Origin: Octopus sinensis
Lineage: Eukaryota
Length of the DNA: 64,000 nucleotides
Assembly: GCF_006345805.1 (NCBI RefSeq)
Contig: NC_042997.1
Coordinates: 10,788,001-10,852,000 of the forward strand
Direction of reading: 5' to 3'
Shown here one piece after another: positions 26,385-38,393 of this stretch; within the stretch, counting starts at the first letter, position 1; every line of letters starts with the position of its first letter. The notes beneath the pieces were generated by a model. That model saw only the letters and a list, made by a program, of their open reading frames with translations, was not told the origin of the DNA and did no database searches. The position numbers and the translations under genes are program-made.

Positions 26385-26488
26385 AAGCCTTGGCTGAAAA
26401 ATACAGCGTGTCGCCCGGTCCAGGAATTGAGCTCACAACCTTTTGCTTGTGAGTCAAATATCCTAACCAGTAAGCCAAGCGCCTCTGC
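26385..26488 (-). mobile_element. SINE family B 5' head
   Basis: Reverse complement reads gaggcgcttggcttactggttagg...gagctcaattcctggaccgggcgacacg. Confidence 0.75.
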
Positions 26489-27188
26489 AGTATAGTAAAG
26501 CATTGAAGCAAAACGAAAACACATTAACTCACTGATAACGCGCCAGTAACTTATTAACGGATTTCTGTTAATCTGATTACTCCTTTTTATTTAATTTTAA
26601 ATCCTCTTTGGGATTAATTAAACCACATCAGATAAGCATGTAGATTTGAGTTAAGGAAGTGATACATCAATACTCACATCTGTACCAGGGAATATATTGA
26701 TTCTGTGTCAACCATACACGAATTTGGCGTTGTGCTTGTTTAGTCAAGATAAATTATGTAAACAAGGCATTTAGAAAATACAAACGACTCCTGATTACAT
26801 ATAAATAAAAAATAAACTGGTTAAAAAATGTATAAAATAGGAACATTCGTAAAATAAAAATAATGTATGTAAAATGTATATTAGGAGTATTAGGTGGAAT
26901 CGAACCTTCAGCCCGTTGATGATATGTTACCAGCTACTCACCTATTGCTAGTCTCATTTACAATCTTATAACTCAAAGAATGTGTAATCTGAAGATCTGG
27001 ATCCACTTAGTAATAACATGCTGAATACTGGTGATGTATGATATTTCGTTGATGTGACGTTATGTTTCTTAAACGGTTGAATTACAGCAGAAAGCTTCTT
27101 CGACTGGCTAATTCACTATACTCGGTTCTCGATTACAGCCGTTCTCCGGTTACATACCAGTGTGTGAGAGCGTGTGTATATTTGTATG

Positions 27189-27219
<31 letters not shown>

Positions 27220-27672
27220 ATTGTTAAGTAGCAGCAGTTCTGCCCGAACAAGTCTATGATCAAAATCAACCCATTCATAATTCCCTTGTCCTATTCTCTT
27301 CTCTCGGGTATTGCACATCGAGGACTAAATTGTGTACGTGTCTCTTGCTTTTCAAGACGCAGAATTAATTTAAGGAAAAGTTAATTGCTATTTCTAGTGG
27401 ATTGAGTGACTAAGTTGAGGCTTCCTGAGGGATTCTATATGTGTATTGCTATTGTCGTTGTTGTTGTCGTCGTCTGTGGTGGTGGTGGTGGTGGTGGTGT
27501 TTTGGCTAGGCCAGCCATAACTGAGACAACATGATCTTTCTGACATTTGAGTGGGAATTGATGGGTATCTCAAGCACATCGAGTGACCATATAGAGGCTG
27601 CCTAGTTGACTCATGTTCATGTGTTTGTGTGTGTATTGTTACTACGCTTGTGCTTCAGTATATATATACGTG

Positions 27673-27785
<113 letters not shown>

Positions 27786-28375
27786 CTGAAAGAAAATCCT
27801 AATCTCCTGCCGAACCGCAATTCGGTTGAAGCTATTTCGTTTCGTTTACGCCGCTACTAATGTTATCTAATCCCATTCCCATTCCGCTTTCCTAATCGAC
27901 TGAAATTAATATTCTTTCACAATCTCTTGAAAACTAATCCAATTAAGATATCATGAAGATAATGCCTATATTTATATGTTAATTAGCTTCAGGTTAGTGC
28001 TTTTGTTATGACTCTTGTCTTGCAGTTTTATTTAACTCATTACATTTTACTTCTGGTTTTTAAATTATGCCTGCTACTTCCTTCGTGGTTGCTCTATCTG
28101 CTAGAAATAGTAGCCAAACTTCCCCTTTATATATAAGGCTCTTAATCGTCTCTTCTCATTACACAAGTTGTATCCAACCCTGCCTCCACCCGGACCCTGC
28201 GCTAACCACTACGTCCAGTCCTTCTCCAGAAAATCGGTAAACCCTGTTCATGATTTTCCTGCAGGTTGTGACACAAGACATGAAGAGCATCAATCTCGCC
28301 GGGCTTGAAGGGCCTAGGAATGCGATGAATAGCCTTCCTTTCCTCCAGAAGTAGCAACTAAATAAAATAAAAACA

Positions 28376-28765
28376 TTGTGTGGTAAGAAGTTTTCTGCCC
28401 GACCACATGGATCCGGGTTCACTCTCACTCCGTGGCTCCTTCGGCAAGTGTCCTCTACTCTAACCTCGGATCGAGTAAAGCCTTGTGAGTGGATTTAGTA
28501 GACGGAAACTGATTGAAGTCTGTCATATATTTACATATATGTGTGTATCTTTGTATTTGTATTTGTTCCCCATCACCGCTTGAAAATAGGCGTTGGTCTG
28601 TTTATGTCTCCGTAACTTAGTAGTTTGGCACAGGCGATTGATAGGAATATGTACCAGGATTAAAGAAATAAGTACTAAGTTCGATTCGTTTGACTAAAAC
28701 CCATCATGATGGTGCCCTAGAATGGCCGCAGTCCAGTGAGTGAAACAAGTAAAAGATAAAACAAG
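28376..28765 (+). mobile_element. SINE family C (CORE-like) copy
   Basis: gtgtggtaagaag...ggcaagtgtcctctac...gtgagtggatttagtagacggaaactg...atggccgcagtcc...tgaaacaagtaaaagataaa. Confidence 0.85.
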
Positions 28766-28787
28766 ATACTGCATCTCCTGCTCTCTC

Positions 28788-28842
<55 letters not shown>

Positions 28843-29090
28843 GCCCTTCTCTATTCATCGGGCAAACGGGACGCCGCTTAGCTGACCGGTTCGCGGAACA
28901 CTTCCGAGACATCCGACTCGGCAATGGAACCCCGGTCTCGCGCCATTTCCGCTCTACCGGTCACTCTTTGCAACACCTGTCTGTGTTCGGATTGTCCTTA
29001 CACAGGGGCCATCTGAACTCCCGTTTGCGCGTGAACAGGGATTAATCTTCTCTCTTCGCTCCATTGCACCACATTTGTTCAACTCCCCTC
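28843..29090 (+). mobile_element. Penelope-like element GIY-YIG endonuclease fragment
   Basis: LFIGQTGRRLADRFAEHFRDIRLGNGTPVSRHFRSTGHSLQHLSVFGL: the IGxTxRxLxxRxxEH...HF...H pattern of PLE GIY-YIG domains. Frameshift near the C-terminus. Confidence 0.85.
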
Positions 29091-29619
29091 CCCTCTCCTC
29101 TCTCCCCCTCACACCTGCTTCCTCTCTTGCTCCGACTCCTACTTCTTCTCTTCACTTCTACCTACCTTCTCCCTTCCCCCTTCATCGTCACCCCTCCCTC
29201 GTAACCCCACCCCTACACAATCCAACTCCACCTTTCCTATCCATCCCACCCCACCCCATCCCTTACACCCACTCCCACATAAACCACCTCTACCCCCACC
29301 CTCAGCCTAACCCACATCCCACCCTTGCTTTCCCCACTCTCGCCTCCTCACCTCTCAACACCATAACACCACACCACACACCACTACACCATACACCACC
29401 ATACCACACAACACCACATCACATCACATTACACCACCACACACACACACTAGCACTAACCACTTCCCAGCCCCACATCTACCCACCTACACATACACAC
29501 ACGCACACATCAAAGCCACCAGTCCTCTTCCACACGCACATATACTCTCTTATACACACGCACGCGCACCTTCATTTTGGGATCACCACTACTTTATTAT
29601 CTCCCCTTCTCCCTAGCTC

Positions 29620-29830
29620 TCCTGTGTGACCCCTCTGTCCGGCATTCGCTATGATAGATCGCTAGCCACTACACATTCTTTATCTTCTCTCATTGTTTCT
29701 TTCTGTGTTCCTTTCTGTGGAAGAGCGTAGGCTCGAAACGTTAAAAACTTTTTCACTTCCCGAGCGTTAAACTAATACTTCTGTTTGTTGTCTACAGCAC
29801 CTGTCTTCATCTTTTTTGTGCATTTTCTCC
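29620..29830 (+). mobile_element. PLE 3' pseudo-LTR region containing a variant hammerhead motif (29711-29747)
   Basis: cttt-CTGTGGA-a-gagc(gtag)gctc-GAAAC-GTT-aaaa lies downstream of the GIY-YIG fragment. Confidence 0.6.
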
Positions 29831-30047
29831 ATTTTGTATTAGTTACATAATACATGAAAAATATCAGGACGGTCATGGTTGGAATGCTTTTGATTATAGA
29901 TTTGTTCTATCAAAACAGATCCATCGTGCAGTAGTGATAATCATGTTTAAGCAATACTCTTTGATTTCTGTTTTCTTTTCTCAAAACCGAATTCAATTAT
30001 AAGAAATAAAAATACGTCATTGCAAAAGAGACGTAACGATGAAAACT

Positions 30048-30312
30048 ACAGAAGCAATGCGTGGCTGTGTGGTAAGAAGTTTGTTTTCCAACCACATGGC
30101 TCTGCATTCAGTATATGCGTGAGTGAGCGTATGTGTACGTTTGTCCTCCACCACCGCTTAGAAACCGATGCTGGTTTGTTTTCGTCTACGTAACTTAATG
30201 GTCCGGGGGGGGGGAGACCAATAGAATACGTACTAGACTGATAAAGTAAGTACTGAGATCGATTTGTTCGAGTAAATACTTTAAGGCAGTGCCCCAGCGT
30301 GGCTGCAGTCCT
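30048..30312 (+). mobile_element. SINE family C, internally deleted
   Basis: gtggctgtgtggtaagaag head joined to the 3' half (gtttgtcctcc...gtgccccagcgtggctgcagtc). Confidence 0.75.
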
Positions 30313-30464
30313 AAAACGCTTCTTCACGTAACATGAAATATGCATACATACATACATACATACATACATACATACATACATACATACATACATACATACA
30401 TACATACTACACATGTAGGTAGGCAGGTAGGTAAGAAAGACGGATGTGTAATATAAACGTTGCT

Positions 30465-30785
30465 TCTCAACCATCTGGCATCTTGGGCAAGTATCTTCTA
30501 CTACAGCCTGGGGTTGACCAAAGTCTTGTGAGTTGATTAGCTAGACGGAAACTGAAAGAAGCGCCTGTTGTGTGCGTGTATGTGTGTGTGTATTTGGGTC
30601 CGTATGTTCTTCCACCACTGCTTGACAATCGGTGTTAGTGTGTTTACGACCCCGTAACCTAGCGGTTCGTCAAAAGAGACAGACAGAATAAGTACCAGTA
30701 CTGGGGTCAATTCGTGCGACTAAAATTTTTAAAGGGGGTGCGCCTGCATGGCCGAAGCGTAATGACTGAAAGAAATAAAAGAAAC
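30465..30785 (+). mobile_element. SINE family C, 5'-degenerate
   Basis: catcttgggcaagtatcttctactacagcc...agacggaaactgaaagaagc...gcatggccgaagcgtaatgactgaaag. Confidence 0.8.
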
Positions 30786-31494
30786 AACAATCATGAGTGT
30801 AAGGAATATATTTATATGAGATGTTATATATATATAATTACTTTGTCATCTAGCCAACTCATCTGCTTCTTGAATAGCTTACCCTGATTAAGAAGTTAAG
30901 GCTTAAAAACTCGATCAGCCTGAACGCAAACACGATGCCTATCTATTCTACGCTTCCACTAGCATCTTTACGTTCAATGTGTGTGTGCTCGCACGCGTAC
31001 ATTTAAATATGTATGCATATATGTATGTATATATGTATGTATATATGTATGTATATATGTATTATGTATTTGTTTCTGTGTATGTATCTTATGCAATACA
31101 AAGAATTCATAAAGTACATATATTTTTGGTAAGTTATATATGAGTGATGCTATCATAAAGATCGATAGCCTTGAATTGGGAAATGACTCCATTATTTGTG
31201 CTCCCTGTATAATAGGGGTCATATGGTGCAGTAGGCATAATGGAACAAGGCCTTTGAATTTAATTAATTTGAGTGATAAATACTAATTAAAAGTTGATGA
31301 TTTCTAATGTTGGCACAAAACCACACATTTGGTAACAGGACACAGTTGATTGTATTGATCTCAGAAGGATGAAAGACCTCTGCGATGTTAAGAACATAGA
31401 GTGTAAAAGGGACGTAACTGAATGCTGCAAGATATTTTTTACTATTGTTCTACTGATTCTGTTATACACTGTCTTAATTAAAAATAATGATTTC

Positions 31495-31860
31495 TAACTT
31501 AAACTGAAGACAACAAATTTGGGGAAAGAGAAGACTGGATTTAATCAGCTTCATTACTTGACTGTTCCTTTATTTTATCGACCCGGATGAATGAAAGGCG
31601 AAATTAACTTCAGCGTGATTTGAAGTCAGAACGTAAAGGGCTGTGATTAAATACTGCTAGACATTTTGTCCGACACTCTTCTGATTCTGCCAATCTACTG
31701 TCCTTGCCTAATTAAAAATTATGCTCACTCTGGTACAAGGCAGAGAAAGATTGTAGTTGAGGAAATCGACCCATGAATAGAACGAGTACTAAATTTATTG
31801 ATTCGGAAGGGGTACAACAGCAAGGCGAATCTATTGGGATTTGAACTTGGGACGTAAACA
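31495..31860 (-). mobile_element. Two degenerate SINE family A copies
   Basis: ttttatcgacccggatgaatgaaaggcgaaattaacttcagcgtgatttgaagtcag plus a second, weaker copy. Confidence 0.6.
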
Positions 31861-32319
31861 CATTGAAACTGAATTTTTTAAAAGCTCATTTCCAGTACCC
31901 TAACACCATCTGAATAATTAAAACAATCCCCGCCACCAACACGGCTAGTATCCCTTCAAACCCCACCCCATCCCCAAGAAAAATTCGTCCATATCCGTTC
32001 GTGTCACAAAAGCTATCTGAATGTAATATAACTGACACCACTATTACTTCCACCTCCTCTACAACCATAATGATCAACAATTCCATCATCTCAGAAGTTA
32101 TGAATGAGCACATTAGATAAAGTAGTCTTGTGACACACCTAAAAATACGAGATGGTCATGGTTGGAATGTCTTTAATCATTGGTTCACTCGATCAGGGTT
32201 AACGTAGGTTTCGCCAACAACAATAACGTCATCTCAACATATCACAAAATTCCTCTAACATCATTGCCACTACTGTACAGCTGTTACCACTACAAACAAC
32301 TCCAACATCAGCTGTATCA

Positions 32320-33525
32320 CAATTTTCAAAATCGGGGACTGCGATGGGTACACGAATGGCCCCCTCCTTTGCCAACCTAGTCATAGGATACCTAGAGATC
32401 AGTCTGTATCGTAAGGTTCTAGAAAGATATGGCAGCCCTTTCTCCATCTACATAGAAAACAACTGGAAGAGATATCTAGATGACTGTTTCATCCTTTTGG
32501 CATAAAAATATAGAAAACTCATAGAATTCCAGAAAATTTTAAACGGACTGGACGTAAACATCCAATTCACGATGGAATATAGCCAACAACAACTCCCCTT
32601 CCTCGATATCCTCATTAAGAAAGCTAATAATATAATAGAAACAGACATATACTATAAGCCTACAGACTCTAAGCAATATCTTCCATTCAATTCATGCCAC
32701 CCCAGACCAACAGATGAATATCCCTTCAATCTAGCAAAAGGGATATGCCTATAGTCTCTACGCAACAACCAGACCGACGACACACGATAGCTAAAAGATA
32801 CCCTAATCACCAGGAACTATACATCCTTATTAGAATAAATGATCGTTCCACGGAACTATCACCTTCACTTACAATCATCAAGGAACTGAGAATCCCAAAT
32901 CAAAGAAAAACTTACAACCAAAAGCCTTACCATACATCTCCACACACAACCCTCTCAATAACGAAGCCTTCGACACCATCCTCCACAACATACCCCTCCT
33001 CCTAAAAAAAGACCACAGAATGAACACAATCCTCCAAACACACACGATCATAAAAAGCAAAAGACAGCCTAGATCCATGAAAAGTCTCCTTACAAGCCGA
33101 ATTCACTCTTCAACACAGAAGCCGACAGTAAAAAATGTGGAAGACCCAATTGCGGGATATGCGACTATCTAATCGAGGGTTCTGAGTTCTCCTTCAAACA
33201 GGGACAACGTTTTACAGTGAAAAGCAACTTCACATGTGCTTCGGAGAACCTAATACTCACTAACCTGCTCCGGGTGTCAAGAGCAGTACATAGGCCAAAC
33301 AAAAATGGTTTGCGTAAACGAATGGCCCTGCACAGATCCCAGATAAAATTCCCCAAACAGAAAAATAGCTTTTAGCCAACACATAGATACTTGCGCCAAC
33401 AAAAAAACACCAAACTTCAGAATTTTCCCCCTCTACCAATTTAGGGACGATACAACCTCGAGACAACGAATAAGTAAAGAAAATCTCTTTATTACAAAAT
33501 ACAAGCCACTTCTTAACGGGTCTAC
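32320..33525 (+). mobile_element. 5'-truncated Penelope-like retroelement: RT C-terminal half plus GIY-YIG (pseudogenised)
   Basis: SGTAMGTRMAPSFANL, NWKRYLDDCF, LPFLDI, TDIYYKPTDSKQYLPFNSCHP, CGRPNCGIC, CSGCQEQYIGQT and RMALHR appear in order. Several frameshifts and stops. Confidence 0.92.
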
Positions 33526-33654
33526 GACAAACAATTAATATACCTCAACCTTAGAATAAAAGAAAAATATATATACACACACAAATACTACACTCAATAG
33601 AATCCATTACTAATCAGCCCCTTCATAGCTATATTTACATTCATATCTCCCTCT

Positions 33655-33930
33655 CTGTTTTTTTTCTTCTTCTTCTTCTTTCTTCCTCTTCTTCTTCATC
33701 ATCATCGTTATCATCATCGGCATCATCATCATCGCCACCATCATCACCACCATCTTCTCCTTCTCCTCCTTCTTCTTCTTCTTCTTCTTCATCATCATCG
33801 TTATCATCATCATCGTCGTATAATCATCACCACCATCACCCTCATCGTCATCTTCTCCTTCTCCTTCTCTTCTTCTTCTCCTTCTCCTTTTCTCCTTCTT
33901 TCTTCTCTTTCTTCTTCTTCTTCTCCACCC
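33655..33930. repeat. (CTT)n/(CAT)n low-complexity tract within the PLE 3' region
   Basis: Direct reading. Confidence 0.9.
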
Positions 33931-34273
33931 CCTACCCCTTAAGTTCGTCACTAATGTTTTTTAGTATAACACCTACGCTAATTCTATAAAGAAGCCTGTC
34001 AATATAATATTCTCCTGAATTGAACTGAGACTGCCACCGCCACTGACCATTCAAAATACGACCATCAGGGCACTCCCAGATTCTCCCACCCCCTTTCCTC
34101 ACCAGCCTTCTCTCTACTACCCTACCAAGAGCTCACAACTACCTCGAACACACAAGTGCAAAACAGGGAGTCAGAGAAAGGCAGAACCACTTAAATCTGA
34201 ACACTACTATAGAAAATTCTTTTAAAAAAACTTTTTTCTTCTAATTTTTCTAAATTAATTATTTATTTAATCG

Positions 34274-34316
34274 TTACAGTTGAAAAGGTCTCAAATGACC
34301 GAAACCGGTACTGAAA
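34274..34316 (+). ncRNA. Degenerate minimal type I hammerhead ribozyme of the PLE
   Basis: ttacag-TTGAAAA-ggtc(tcaaat)gacc-GAAAC-cg-GTA-ctgaaa. Stems I and II are intact; the core has two substitutions relative to CUGANGA. Confidence 0.55.
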
Positions 34317-34712
34317 TGTTCACTATAAAATTATTTTAGCATTTTCTATTTTTTACTTATTTTTTCATATATATCAACTCGTGTGTTCCTTTTCACCCTT
34401 ATACATATATATATATATATATATATATATCCTTACTGCCACAGCGCTCATCATAAACATCACCACCTCAGGAATCACACTTTCTATAACTATCACTACT
34501 ACCACCACATCACCTTCTTCAAAAGAACCTCTTCTGCAAACACCAACATTTCTACCATGACCATTTCACCTTGGTGCAACAATAACCACACGCGCGCACA
34601 TACACACACGTACACTCACAAACACACGCAATTTACCATCCCTAATACAACTACCAACACTACGGCCACCATTATTGCCATCAATACAGCGGTTATTGTC
34701 CCTACCCATTAC

Positions 34713-34930
34713 CTATTTCTTTACTAAACACAGAGAGGACAAACAAGGACAGAAAATGGATTAAGTCGATTATATCGACCCCAGTGCGTAACAGGTACTT
34801 ATTTAATCGACCCCGAAAGGATGAAAGGCAAAGTCGACCTCGGCGGAATTTGAACTCAGAACGTAACGGCAGACGAAATACCGCTAAGCATTTCGCCCAG
34901 CGTGCTAACGTTTCTGCCACCTCGCCGCCC
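34713..34930 (-). mobile_element. SINE family A, full length with intact tRNA-like head
   Basis: Reverse complement: ggcggcgaggtggcagaaacgttagcacg...gagttcaaattccgccgaggtcgactttgcctttcatcctttcggggtcgat..., with A/B-box-like motifs. Confidence 0.9.
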
Positions 34931-35319
34931 TATTACCACTACGACTATTATTATATTACCACAATTAATACGACTGTCAACACAACCATTACAACCAGCA
35001 ACATCAACACTACAAACACTACATATTCTGCTAACACATCCGCCATCAATATAACGATTGCTCACTAGCATCATTACTCCGAATAACTACCACCACCACC
35101 AGTAATACGACTATCAGAACTACTACTAGCACCAACACAACCGCTAATATTACTACTACTATTACCACCACCACCACCAGTAAAGTAATTACAACTACTT
35201 GAAGCAAAATCAACGAAAACACAACACAACTTCCACGAAAATCAGAATAATCTTAAAACAATATAGCCAGAAGCAGAAATCTCGAGAGCTGAATTAAATA
35301 TAATTAAAAATCGCAAGAA

Positions 35320-35363
35320 ATATATATATAGATATATATATATATATTATATATATAATATAT

Positions 35364-35399
<36 letters not shown>

Positions 35400-35463
35400 A
35401 TACAGATATATATGTGTATATATATTATTATATATATGGATGTATTATGTATATATACATATA

Positions 35464-35514
<51 letters not shown>

Positions 35515-35612
35515 ATATATATATTATATACATATATATATACATATATATACATATATATATATACAGATATATATGTGTATATATACCCACACACACA
35601 CACACACATATA

Positions 35613-35651
<39 letters not shown>

Positions 35652-35680
35652 TATATATATATATTATAATATGTATATAT
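35320..35680. repeat. (TA)n-rich microsatellite block
   Basis: Direct reading. Confidence 0.95.
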
Positions 35681-36242
35681 GATAACACAAATATGATCAA
35701 CAATAGCAACATCAGCAGCAATAACAACAAACGTCATCAGCAACAAAACAGGTGTGAAAAGAAAATGACTGACATAAAAAGGAAATACAATATTTCTTTC
35801 ATATAATTATATTACACAATCTAAGATTTCTAATGTTTTGCATTTATTTATGCTGTTTCCGCTTCTAATAAGTTAATAAGAGCTTGTAAAACATATTATG
35901 TGTAGTGTTTTATTGGCTCAGACACACACATATACTTTTCTGTTGTATGTCTCTGCCTTCTGACACGCATAAATACGCTTCTATGTATGTACTTGTGTGT
36001 TTGTACGAGTGTGTTGTTTCAACAATATACATGTTAGCACCCACTTAACTATTGCTTCAACAGCTTTATTGAGTAATAGATAGTAACTGATAATGCGAAA
36101 ACCTACCCACCCACCGGGAAAAATAATTAGCATGTAATAATTGATATTCTGCTTGAGAGTAATGCGTTTGGTTCTTGTTTACTTTCTTAGATCATGTCAT
36201 TTTAACTGTGTTTTTCGAACTGTGTTTTCAAACGCTGTAGTG

Positions 36243-36312
<70 letters not shown>

Positions 36313-36344
36313 CATACATATATATATACATATATATACATATA

Positions 36345-37166
36345 TTTCGATTTCGATTTCAATTTCTCCAGTTTCAGCTCATGAGCTGTGGCCATGCTGG
36401 GGCACCGCCATTTGGTTTGCTACATGATTTTACCTCACGAATGCTTTTTAGCAACTGCCATTTGGTGCATGAGAGAGTTCGATGCAGCTGCCCTCATCTG
36501 CACCTCCTGCCGTGAAGTTGGTTCATCCGGGACACCTGACAAGAAGAGATCCAGTCCTACTTTAAAGACATCCGCATCTACACCATGCAGGTCCCTCAGG
36601 TTCTCGGGAGGATATTGAAGAGCGTGGGGCCTCTGAAGCCCAGGCTATCACAGTATCTTGTCCTACATCTTGATGGCAAATGGAGTCCTTGGTAACACGC
36701 AGTGGCGCCCGGTTCTGGCATTTGTGTGACTCTCGATGCCAAAGTTTGGGACAAGTCCTTCCAGGATCTTCCAGATATATATTATGGCATATCTTCTCGC
36801 CTACGCTCCAAGGAATAGAGTTTTAATCTCTTGAGTCTTCCCAGTAGCTTATATGCTGCACAGAGGCTATCTTCTTCGTGTAGCTTCGTTGGATCGCCTC
36901 AAGTTCTGTGATCAAACTTGACACTGGATGGTGACCATAGCTGAGAGCAATAGTCAAAGTGGATTAGGACAAGTGTCTTCCAGAGGACCATCATGGTTTC
37001 TTGTTCTCTTGTTCTAAGGTTCTAAGAATCATCCGGCCAGCCGTCTACATTTCATTGCCAGTTTAGCAACATGTACGAAAGGTCGCGTCATCACTCATGT
37101 GAATACCCAGGACACGCACTGATTGTGCCTCTGGGGATTGCAATCCCTCCGGGTCCAGTGTATTCA
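36345..37166 (-). mobile_element. CR1/L2-type LINE 3' end (RT C-terminal region, 3' UTR, (GAAATC)n tail)
   Basis: After frameshift repair the minus strand reads ...WILRTFRTR...LWKTLVLIHFDYCSQLWSP...LEAIQR...LKLYSLERRR...WKILEGLVPNFG...GPTLFNILP. This matches the CR1/L2 'LxYCSxVWxP...LExVQR...L.SLE.RR' pattern. Confidence 0.88.
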
Positions 37167-37377
37167 CTGAATGCAATACCCAATGAATACACTGGACCGG
37201 AGGGATTTGCAATCCCAGAGGCACAATCAGTGCGTGACCTGGTATTCACATGAGTGATGACGCGAACTTTCATGTACATGTTGCAAACTGGCAATGAAAT
37301 GTAGACGGCTGGCCGGATGGATTCTTAGAACCTTTAGAACAAGAGAACAAGAAACCATGATGGTCCTCTGGAAGACA
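36974..37377. repeat. Long palindrome: ~193-bp arms, 17-bp spacer (37167-37183)
   Basis: 36974-37166 is the reverse complement of 37184-37377 apart from scattered single-base indels. Confidence 0.95.
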
Positions 37378-37485
37378 TATATACATATATATATATAATA
37401 TATATAACTTTATTTAAAGCAGCAGAAAAATTCAACAAAACCTGTTACTCTGAGTTTCCCGTTGCCGTTCATCGGACAGTTTTGC

Positions 37486-37590
<105 letters not shown>

Positions 37591-37651
37591 TGTATTGATT
37601 GTAATATTTATATATATATATATATAATATATATATATAATATATATATAA

Positions 37652-37777
37652 TGTTGGCCTGCTCGCTTAGCCAGCGGGCTGGCGTCATTTGAAGGCTAAA
37701 ACAATGCGAAGCGCATTGTGACCAGCGATGTGTAGCAACATCTGATAGCCTGGTCGGTCACGGTGATCACGGTGATA
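37652..37777 (+). mobile_element. SINE family D 3' fragment
   Basis: Matches 41670-41795 (ggcgtcatttgaaggctaaaacaatgcgaa...ggtcggtcac). Confidence 0.8.
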
Positions 37778-38193
37778 TATATAATGTATACATTCACTCA
37801 AGCACATACCTATTTAAGTGTTTGTGTGTACGTGTGTGAGTGGGTGTGAATTTATGTGCGTATTAACAATTAGAATTAGAGCTGCATTACTCATAGTTTC
37901 ACAGATGCAGAAAGCATGTCTTAACTTTCGGATGCGAGTACATTAAGTAATGAAGCAACCATGGATTTTAAAAAGGCTTTCATTAAATGATATATAAAGC
38001 GTGTTAGTATTAGGTAGTTCGAGTCACATGAAAGGGTCAGTAATTAGACGGTTGCTAGATGTTATAGAGCTTGCTGAATGTAGGACAACTATTTCCGCAA
38101 AAGTTATGGAGTAAATCTTAAAAATTAATAGCTTGAAATTAGAGAGCGCCGTTAGGTGTGTGTGTATGTGCCTCTGTGTGTGAGTGAAAGAGA

Positions 38194-38240
<47 letters not shown>

Positions 38241-38311
38241 CGTGTGTGCGTATGTATGTGTGAGTCTAAGTGTACTGTATGTGTTCGTGTCTATGTGTAC
38301 TTTGTGTATGC

Positions 38312-38342
<31 letters not shown>

Positions 38343-38393
38343 AATATGGAGAGAGGAGAGGGATCACGAAAGATCATTCCTATACACTCATAA

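Noticed and set aside
34860-34930. tRNA genes at SINE heads (also 15876, 41866, 43373, 52743, 26885)
   Set aside because: They have A/B-box-like motifs but no complete cloverleaf. They are SINE heads or fragments.
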